From: a virus
Length of the DNA stretch: 64,000 nt
Virus record (IMG/VR): IMGVR_UViG_3300030102_006903
Span: 49,374-113,373 of that record
Direction: 5' to 3' (one strand)
Of this stretch, positions 38,344 through 45,572 are shown in pieces; position 1 is the stretch's first letter; every line of letters begins with the position of its first letter. The position numbers were made by a program, and so were the translations under genes. The notes under the pieces are model-generated. The model worked only from the letters and a program-made list of their open reading frames with translations. It was not told the DNA's origin and ran no database searches.

Positions 38344-38377
38344 AATTTTCCTTAATTTTTTTATGTATATATAAATA

Positions 38378-39637
38378 TTAAACTTTGGAGTAATCGGAAC
38401 CCCAATCTGCTTTGACGGGAAAACCAAAACTTTCGAGAACGGTCTTAACCTTTTTAATAGTATCAACCTCAGAATCATCAAACTCGAAAAGGAATGAATC
38501 ATATGTGTATAAAATAGGTAGGGGTAGGTCGTTTTCTTTTAACTTTTTTATCGCCTCGATATTGAACTCGGTTTCGGTTGCTTGTAGTAAATAATTAAAT
38601 AATTTTTGTGCATTTGGTTGTTCAATCCAATCCAATGGGATGGTTCTTCCTTTTGGAGTTTCTATATATCCATTTTGGAGTGCCTTATCATTTAAGGATT
38701 TTATGAACTTATCCACCTTATCAAAGAATGGTATCTTTCTATCATCATCGGATACTCCACCATACAAGATTCTAAAAGTTCTTCCTTTGGATTCATCATA
38801 ATCTACACCGTATTGGTCTGCTAACCATTGGTGAACCGATGTTTGGGGTAATTTATGTTTTATCAACTTTCCAATAATCCTTACATGATATGCATCGTAA
38901 TCAAATTGTAAGAAGAGTTTCCCTTTTTGTGGTACGAAGATTTCTCTACTACCATCTTTTTTATTCAATGCGGAGAAATTAATCCCTAAATGTCTATTGG
39001 ATGGTCTTGAAGTAATGGTATATGGGTTATATTCGGTGAATACTCGTGAAAACCAAAGTGATTTACGATTATCGGGCCATCTATCAAAAAATTTTTCCCT
39101 ATCGACTTGGAGGCCCTTTTGTTCGATTTCTGAGAGAATGGGTATCATTGTATTGTCAATCCAAGGTAAACAAGGTTCTAAGATACCAAAATCATCTCTA
39201 ACACCCTTAAGAACCTCTATAAACTTCATTATAGGGATTGATTTACCTAAATCATCTCTTATACCCAATCTATGATAAAAGTTCGTTAGAACCTCTATTT
39301 TCTCATAAAAAGGGTATAATTCATTCTTATTAAAGAATAAAGATGATTGTACATCTTTGAGATTGTTTATATTTAAGTTTGCTTGTAATAATCCTTTTTT
39401 ATTCCAACAAAACTTTATTTGATTCGAGGTTGATAAATCTATTTCTAATTTTTCACAATCATTGTGATTAAAAGGTAAGATAAAATCCTCTTCGGAAAAA
39501 GCAATATAAAGAAAGGACACATCTGTGGTAACAGAGTGTCTATCCAAATCTTCCCAAATTGGAATAATAGTAGATTGTTCATTATTCCAATATTTGAGAA
39601 ATTGTTCTTTCTCTTTATTGGTTTCTACTATAATCAT
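38378..39637 (-). CDS. compact family A DNA polymerase-like protein
   Basis: TSRPSN...NF, motif A DYDAYHVRI, motif B KGRTFRILYG, NYLLQATE, motif C YDSFLFE. Confidence 0.8.
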   Translation of the reverse strand: MIIVETNKEKEQFLKYWNNEQSTIIPIWEDLDRHSVTTDVSFLYIAFSEEDFILPFNHNDCEKLEIDLSTSNQIKFCWNKKGLLQANLNINNLKDVQSSLFFNKNELYPFYEKIEVLTNFYHRLGIRDDLGKSIPIMKFIEVLKGVRDDFGILEPCLPWIDNTMIPILSEIEQKGLQVDREKFFDRWPDNRKSLWFSRVFTEYNPYTITSRPSNRHLGINFSALNKKDGSREIFVPQKGKLFLQFDYDAYHVRIIGKLIKHKLPQTSVHQWLADQYGVDYDESKGRTFRILYGGVSDDDRKIPFFDKVDKFIKSLNDKALQNGYIETPKGRTIPLDWIEQPNAQKLFNYLLQATETEFNIEAIKKLKENDLPLPILYTYDSFLFEFDDSEVDTIKKVKTVLESFGFPVKADWGSDYSKV

Positions 39638-39771
39638 TCAGTAACTCCTGCGTTATTTTCTAATAGAATTAGTTCGGCAGTTTCTTCATCTACCCAACCA
39701 TCACCATCGATATCTACTATATCACCGATATAATACATACCTTCTTTTTGTTTTAATTCTGATTTAGTCAT
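39634..39771 (-). CDS. small acidic hypothetical protein (45 aa; not in the ORF track)
   Basis: MTKSELKQKEGMYYIGDIVDIDGDGWVDEETAELILLENNAGVTE*; ATGA overlap with the PolA-like gene. Confidence 0.6.
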   Translation of the reverse strand: MTKSELKQKEGMYYIGDIVDIDGDGWVDEETAELILLENNAGVTE

Positions 39772-39790
39772 AGTTTAAAATTTAATTGTA

Positions 39791-39822
39791 CAAATATAAG
39801 AAATTATTTTGATAATTCCAAA
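39791..39822 (-). promoter_or_regulatory. Bacteroidota-type -33/-7 promoter
   Basis: TTTG-N20-TATATTTG upstream of the small ORF and PolA-like gene. Confidence 0.75.
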
Positions 39823-40601
39823 TGTTTTTCCCATTTTTTATCAAACCAAAAGGTTCTTTTTTGTTTATCTTTTATTTTTTCTCTTCTACCATAGTATTGC
39901 ATCCAATCATCCCAAGTAATACTAAAATCAATAGCAGATTCGTTTTCATTCATCCAGGTGTACAAACTACCACCACCTAATCGGTATGACCATCGAACTT
40001 GTGAAATTAAATGGTCTAAGAACCCGTCTTGTTGAACTAGATTCCTAATAGGTTGAAATGGATTTTGACCCCATTTTCCCAAGATTTCTGCTCGTAGATA
40101 GTTACCAATACCATTCCACCATTTTTGATTCATCAACTGTTCGTGTGCAGGTTTATCGAAATCTCTATGTTCTATGTTTTGAAGAATATGTTTTCTGAAT
40201 CCTTCTTCATCATCAAATAAATCAGGTCCTCTGTTTTCATTCCAATCTTTACCTAATGATTTGCCGAACCTTCGTATATCACACCAAGTAAAGTATTCAC
40301 CATCATCCATTTTAAATCTTATATGAGAATGTTTCCAAAATTTATTTGAATCATCACTTGGTTCTGTAAAGTTTTTAAAACCTCCACTCATTCCTAATGT
40401 GATAACTACTGGCTCATTATCAAATAATAACTTCATCTCTTTTCCTCTACTTGTTGCAGATAAAGTTTTTCCAATTACATTTATATTTTCAATTTCTTTG
40501 AGTTTGTTTGATTGTAGATATTCTACATCAACAATTTTTCTATTTCTGTTTCTTCTTGTTACAAACTCTGATGTTATTCTTACTTCTGATATTTCTGGCA
40601 T
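39804..40601 (-). CDS. nei: Fpg/Nei DNA glycosylase/AP lyase, NEIL1-like (zincless finger)
   Basis: MPE, RGK, LGMSG, DIRRFG, H2TH NGIGNYLRAEIL, and KRTFWF with no Zn-binding cysteines. Confidence 0.92.
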   Translation of the reverse strand: MPEISEVRITSEFVTRRNRNRKIVDVEYLQSNKLKEIENINVIGKTLSATSRGKEMKLLFDNEPVVITLGMSGGFKNFTEPSDDSNKFWKHSHIRFKMDDGEYFTWCDIRRFGKSLGKDWNENRGPDLFDDEEGFRKHILQNIEHRDFDKPAHEQLMNQKWWNGIGNYLRAEILGKWGQNPFQPIRNLVQQDGFLDHLISQVRWSYRLGGGSLYTWMNENESAIDFSITWDDWMQYYGRREKIKDKQKRTFWFDKKWEKHLELSK

Positions 40602-40605
40602 AATA

Positions 40606-40637
40606 CTAATATACGAATAAATTTTTAAATTTCCAAA
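40606..40637 (-). promoter_or_regulatory. Bacteroidota-type promoter variant
   Basis: TTTG-N20-TATATTAG ending 4 nt before the nei ATG. Confidence 0.65.
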
Positions 40638-42653
40638 TTAAAACAAGGTTTTCTTTTTTTCATCCCAAGTTCCTTTTCCTTCCCAATCAAAATTAAAACT
40701 AAAGTTTTGTGTATTATTTAAATACTTTTCTTCCTTGTGTAATTCTTTGATTTCATCTTCAGTTCTACTACCATCTCCCCACTTTGGTTCAGCAAAAACT
40801 CGTACCCTTTCAATTACTTGAGATTTTTTTTGAGAGAAATCTAAAACACTAAAAGGATTTTCTGGTTGAAGATATTTTGCATCTACTTTTGTTTCCCAAT
40901 CTCCATTATCATTTATTTTAAACCAAAAGTTTGCCCAATAAGGTGTTTTTACTGAATATCCAAATTCTTTGTAATCTAATTCTTCATCAAATTTAAGATT
41001 CATTTCAAACCCACCCTTTACTTTCCATAAGAAGTAAAAGAAATAAAATGGTTCCATAATAAGATTTGATTTAAATTTATTTGAACCAAATTTTAACATA
41101 TTAAGTTTTTTATCAAAATATTTAATTTTTTTAGATATTTTTTTGTTGTATTTTATATCATACATTTTTTTTAAAAGAGGTCTATCTGGTGTTTGTATGT
41201 TTGTAAATTCTTTAACAAATATATCAAAGAGTTTTGCTCTTGTTAAAATATGTGGTTTACCGAAACTAAAATCATCCTTAATCCAATTTTTATCATATGT
41301 GAAATTAGATAAACCAAATCTTTCAAAGTTTTGTCCAACTATTGTTTCAGCGGTTAATTGATAACCAGGTGTACTTGATATACGATGTATTGTATCTTGA
41401 GTATTGTTTATAAAAGTTAATGTTTCTAAAAAGTTATTTGAGGTTTCAGTTGGAAACGCTTGAATCCAAGTTGTAATTACTTGAATACCTAATTTTTTAC
41501 AATCTATAAAATTTTCCTCCATCTCAACATTAGTAACTCGTTTTTTCATATCATCCAAAACTTTATTACTTGCAGATTCTGCACCAAACTTCAAACCAAA
41601 ACAACCTGAATCTTTTAATACTTTCAAGTATTCATAATCCATTCTCTTATCACATCGTGCATACCCAATCCATTTTATTTTTAATCCTCTATCAATAACT
41701 CCTTGTGCAAAACCTTTAAGTTCTTTAAGATTTCCATTTACTAAGGAATCCACGAACCAAATTAAACGAGTGCCTTTATTATACAAATATTCAACTTCAT
41801 CTAATACTGAAGATGCATTTCTTTGTCTATAATTCCAAAAATGAGTTTCTGCACAAAATGTACATTTAGCAACACAACCTCTACTTAATTCTGTTAATGC
41901 ACCATCACCAATTTCGTATTTGTTAAAATCAAAATCTTCGTAATTTGGAATTGGAAAATTATTTAGATTTATTCTCTGAGTGATGGGTTGTGTCATAATT
42001 TTCATTCCTTTATGAGTTTTCCCTTTTTCTATTTCATCTAATACATCTAAAATTATAAGTTCTGATTCACCAACAATACCATAATCAAATAAGGGTTTAC
42101 CATCATCATCACAATATATTAATCCTTTTTTGATATCATCTTTTCTGAAATGTAAATTAGGTCCTCCGCCAAATATTTTTGTATTAGGTAATTTTTTTCT
42201 TAACTCTGATACAAACCATTGTACCGCACCTTCATTACAAAAGTACAGAGTAATCCCAATAACTTTTGGATTTATTTTAATAATAATATCAATATATTTT
42301 TGAAGGATGGGTTTTACATATTTATGAAGATATTTTTGATATTCTTCTATCTGCCATTTTTGGTAGTTGTTACCACCATAAGGGTCAAATCCTAATTCTT
42401 TATGCCACTTTTTTGATTCTTGGTATGTTTCTACATTAACATCTAAACAACTACTTTTATATCCTGCTTCATTTACAAGTGCAGATAATCTAGCAATATT
42501 ATATGGAGGTAATGCTGCAGCCCATTGAGGGAGCAATACAAAAAGTACATCAGAATTCCTTTCTAACCTTTCAATATTGACATCTGTCAATTTTTTATTA
42601 GAGGATTCTGATAGTTTTTTTATTTCTTCAAAAACTAATAAATCACCACTCAT
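40638..42653 (-). CDS. cobalamin-binding (class B-like) radical SAM protein
   Basis: N-terminal B12-binding-like domain (PP..IA.L..., GGP, GESE); SRGCVAKCTFC; GAES. Confidence 0.85.
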   Translation of the reverse strand: MSGDLLVFEEIKKLSESSNKKLTDVNIERLERNSDVLFVLLPQWAAALPPYNIARLSALVNEAGYKSSCLDVNVETYQESKKWHKELGFDPYGGNNYQKWQIEEYQKYLHKYVKPILQKYIDIIIKINPKVIGITLYFCNEGAVQWFVSELRKKLPNTKIFGGGPNLHFRKDDIKKGLIYCDDDGKPLFDYGIVGESELIILDVLDEIEKGKTHKGMKIMTQPITQRINLNNFPIPNYEDFDFNKYEIGDGALTELSRGCVAKCTFCAETHFWNYRQRNASSVLDEVEYLYNKGTRLIWFVDSLVNGNLKELKGFAQGVIDRGLKIKWIGYARCDKRMDYEYLKVLKDSGCFGLKFGAESASNKVLDDMKKRVTNVEMEENFIDCKKLGIQVITTWIQAFPTETSNNFLETLTFINNTQDTIHRISSTPGYQLTAETIVGQNFERFGLSNFTYDKNWIKDDFSFGKPHILTRAKLFDIFVKEFTNIQTPDRPLLKKMYDIKYNKKISKKIKYFDKKLNMLKFGSNKFKSNLIMEPFYFFYFLWKVKGGFEMNLKFDEELDYKEFGYSVKTPYWANFWFKINDNGDWETKVDAKYLQPENPFSVLDFSQKKSQVIERVRVFAEPKWGDGSRTEDEIKELHKEEKYLNNTQNFSFNFDWEGKGTWDEKKKTLF

Positions 42654-42661
42654 GTATGATT

Positions 42662-42910
42662 TTAAATATTATATTCTCTTTTTATAGTGTAATTGTAAAG
42701 TGTTCCGCAATCATCATCTTCATCTACAATATTTTCAGTTATTGTTAGATATTGAGGTAGGATTTTTTTCAAACCATCTAAATCAACTGATTTCCAATAA
42801 CCAAATCTAAGTGTTAGTGCATCGGTATCGTATCCGATTTCAAAATCGGATGAACCATACCATTTTTTAATTTCTTTAAATTTTTTATATCCTAATCTCA
42901 TATTATACAA
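42662..42910 (-). CDS. hypothetical protein
   Basis: 82 aa ORF in an operon. Confidence 0.6.
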   Translation of the reverse strand: MYNMRLGYKKFKEIKKWYGSSDFEIGYDTDALTLRFGYWKSVDLDGLKKILPQYLTITENIVDEDDDCGTLYNYTIKREYNI

Positions 42911-43451
42911 GGTTTAAATTAGATACTTTTTCAAACTCTTTATCAGTCATATAAGTTTTATTCTGATTTAAAAAGTCATTAGAGTTAACATAGTTATCTT
43001 TCAATTCGTTCCATTGATTTAACCAATACTCAGGTGAACCCCATTTTGGTTTGTTTTCAATAAACACATATGATGGGAAATACTTCATTGAAGTTCCTTT
43101 ATCAGTAGCAGGAGAATCTTCTCTATAATTGTAGATATCATACATACCATCGAAAGAACCACCTTGTAGAATAGATTTCCATTCAGATATCTTTTCAAAA
43201 TCAATAGGATTTACTTGAGAACCATCTTCGTTACAAACTTCAACTCTTACAGAAGAACCACCACTATAAACATCAGAACCAGCCCATACTTTTAAGTTGG
43301 GGAAGTTTTTCTTAACATATTGTTTGATTATCGAAGCACACAATTTAGCTCTCATGTGAACATAAGTCTCATTATCATAAGAACATTTTTGAATACTTGT
43401 AGAAGGGATTAGGAATTCGTTTCCTTGAATTGATATTTTTACTTTTTTCAT
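42903..43451 (-). CDS. LPD29-like (polyvalent-protein-associated) domain protein
   Basis: K..FP...YSGGSSV.V...GSFDGM.D.Y.Y. Confidence 0.6.
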   Translation of the reverse strand: MKKVKISIQGNEFLIPSTSIQKCSYDNETYVHMRAKLCASIIKQYVKKNFPNLKVWAGSDVYSGGSSVRVEVCNEDGSQVNPIDFEKISEWKSILQGGSFDGMYDIYNYREDSPATDKGTSMKYFPSYVFIENKPKWGSPEYWLNQWNELKDNYVNSNDFLNQNKTYMTDKEFEKVSNLNLV

Positions 43452-43485
43452 ACTTTTAAGGTTTAATTATTAATCATTTACATAG

Positions 43486-43517
43486 TAAATATACGAAAAA
43501 AAGCTGAGAAATCCAAA
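43486..43517 (-). promoter_or_regulatory. Bacteroidota-type promoter, -7 variant TATATTTA
   Basis: TTTG-N20-TATATTTA. Confidence 0.7.
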
Positions 43518-43538
43518 TTTTTTCGTACTTTTTTTTAC

Positions 43539-43859
43539 TTAATATCCAATAAATTTATAGGGAACATCATCTACTAACCCATTCTTTACTGCGTATGGAT
43601 AATTATCATTTAACCAATAGTTTTGAACATCGTTTACATGAGATAGAGTATCATCATATAAATCTTGGATGGCAAATCCATCACCATATCTGATACCTCC
43701 ACATAAATCCATTAGTTCATTAAGGTTATCCCAATTATTTTTATTTTTGTGAATAGATTTGATGATATTGTTTTTCATCATATCTGCTACCTTGTCATTG
43801 TAATCGTACATATCCTTTGACCAGGGTTTTGTTACTTTAGGTTTTATTAATACATTCAT
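43539..43859 (-). CDS. hypothetical protein
   Basis: 106 aa ORF. Confidence 0.65.
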   Translation of the reverse strand: MNVLIKPKVTKPWSKDMYDYNDKVADMMKNNIIKSIHKNKNNWDNLNELMDLCGGIRYGDGFAIQDLYDDTLSHVNDVQNYWLNDNYPYAVKNGLVDDVPYKFIGY

Positions 43860-43869
43860 ATTTTAAATT

Positions 43870-44328
43870 TTAAAAATTACCAGGTGCTACCTGAAAACAA
43901 GAGATACCATTAGCTCTCCACATATCTACTACCTTTTGTCTATCATCAAAGACACAAAGGATATCTTTTTTATCTAAATCATTCAACCAATTCTGTTTTA
44001 GAACATCATCTGGTGTGAATTTATCTTTTTTATTATTAGGTCTCATTTGAAGATTATCAAATGGTACATTCCAATATTTTAACCAATTAATAGTAACATC
44101 TTTACTATTATCTAATCTACCACTAAATATAAAAATTTTGAAACCTTGTTTTTTGAAAGTTTGTGCAGTAGTAATTACTGACATATTAGGTGCATCTAAT
44201 GCTACATTCTTTGGGTCGAAAAAGAAATCCCAATCTATCTTACCACCACCTATATTGATAGCGGCTGCTCTTCTTTGGTCTATATCCGCCAAAGTTCCGT
44301 CTAAATCAAAAATTACTATTTTACTCAT
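43870..44328 (-). CDS. HAD-family polynucleotide 3'-phosphatase (T4 PseT C-terminal domain-like)
   Basis: FDLDGTLAD, FSGR, L.MR, K, FDDR..VV.MWR..G..C.QV. Confidence 0.88.
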   Translation of the reverse strand: MSKIVIFDLDGTLADIDQRRAAAINIGGGKIDWDFFFDPKNVALDAPNMSVITTAQTFKKQGFKIFIFSGRLDNSKDVTINWLKYWNVPFDNLQMRPNNKKDKFTPDDVLKQNWLNDLDKKDILCVFDDRQKVVDMWRANGISCFQVAPGNF

Positions 44329-44347
44329 ATATCAATTATTTACATAG

Positions 44348-44379
44348 TAAATATACGAAAAATAATTGACATTTCCAAA
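44348..44379 (-). promoter_or_regulatory. Bacteroidota-type promoter, -7 variant TATATTTA
   Basis: TTTG-N20-TATATTTA. Confidence 0.7.
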
Positions 44380-44396
44380 TTTTTTTGGAACTTTTT

Positions 44397-45152
44397 TTAA
44401 GAAATTTTAGCTGAACCTACATCGATTGGTTCTCTCTTCATATGATTTCCTTTAGCAAAGTTTGCTCCTTCTCTGATGTAACCAGTTAAGAATGCTCTTC
44501 TAAATCTTTTTGATGTATTTGGTTCAGAACCATGAACTACATTTGAATGAAGTAATGCAACTTGTCCTTTTCTTAGATATCCATCTATATGTGGAAAGTT
44601 GTGGTCCTTTGGTAGTACACAAGGTTTACCCCTTTCGTTTCTCCAATTTTTTGGATTTGAACCTGCCCTTTCTTCATCAACTTCAATTGGAAGTTTACCT
44701 AATCTATGTGAACCTTCTAAATACCATACTGAACCATTATTAGGGTCGTGATTATCAAATGCAATAGATACATTGATTATTTCGTTAGAATTACATTGTG
44801 TATAAAATATATTTTGATGCATATCTCTACCTAATTGACCTGGTGGTTTAAAGTATGCCCAAGTTTGAACTCCGAATATTTTTCCACCCATCAAAAATTC
44901 ACATGCTTCAATAACTTTTGGATGTTTCATTAAACCAGTAAGAACCTTAGATTCTTTATGTGGATACATATATGGGTCATAATCTCCCCATTCACCTTCT
45001 GTATCATTCTCTTGTCTTTTTACTCTGATTCGTTCTAATTCATCCGCACATGCATCTACTTCACTATCTGTAAGTAGATTTAAAATAGATACTCCTTTGT
45101 ATCTCCAATCAAATTGTAATTGTTGTTTTTCTAATTCTGTAAGATAACTCAT
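44397..45152 (-). CDS. PhyH-family 2OG-Fe(II) dioxygenase
   Basis: KPPG...HQN (HxD variant), NG......GSH, HGS..N.S...RR. Confidence 0.85.
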   Translation of the reverse strand: MSYLTELEKQQLQFDWRYKGVSILNLLTDSEVDACADELERIRVKRQENDTEGEWGDYDPYMYPHKESKVLTGLMKHPKVIEACEFLMGGKIFGVQTWAYFKPPGQLGRDMHQNIFYTQCNSNEIINVSIAFDNHDPNNGSVWYLEGSHRLGKLPIEVDEERAGSNPKNWRNERGKPCVLPKDHNFPHIDGYLRKGQVALLHSNVVHGSEPNTSKRFRRAFLTGYIREGANFAKGNHMKREPIDVGSAKIS

Positions 45153-45185
45153 ATAACCTTTATTTAGTTTGTATATTAATATATA

Positions 45186-45572
45186 TTAACTTTTGTAAAA
45201 TTGTTGTAGATTTGGTAGGTATAATTTTAAACTTGGTATAAGATGAGATTTATTTTTAATTGCTATATTATTTGATATTGCTACTCCTTTATCGATTTCA
45301 TTACCTTGTGAATCATATTTTGGAGTTAAGGAACCAGATATCCTCCATCTTATACTAATTACTTGATATGTTACATTGGTTCTTAATTTTTTGAATGTTA
45401 GATTATCTATTTCAAATATAACCGAACCTTTATCGTTTGCTCGTTGAGCAAAATATCTTCTAATATAACCAACTTTGTAATCGTTTTCGGTAGGTCTAGG
45501 CACAGAGGTTTTAAATTTGATATTAGAATCAAAGTTTATTTTTTTTACTCTATTATATCTATTTACACTCAT
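45186..45572 (-). CDS. hypothetical protein, last gene of the tail/baseplate module
   Basis: P.PT..DY..G...RYF...I.W.ISG. Confidence 0.65.
   Translation of the reverse strand: MSVNRYNRVKKINFDSNIKFKTSVPRPTENDYKVGYIRRYFAQRANDKGSVIFEIDNLTFKKLRTNVTYQVISIRWRISGSLTPKYDSQGNEIDKGVAISNNIAIKNKSHLIPSLKLYLPNLQQFYKS

Noticed and set aside
37732-38502. ORF-track starts at 38502, 8587, 6125 and 25626
   Set aside because: These extensions overlap upstream genes, terminators or non-coding sequence; better starts are 38343, 8554, 6098 and 25584.
3522-44379. Dispersed ~32 bp repeats read as mobile-element ends or array repeats
   Set aside because: They are always oriented just upstream of start codons and match a promoter consensus.
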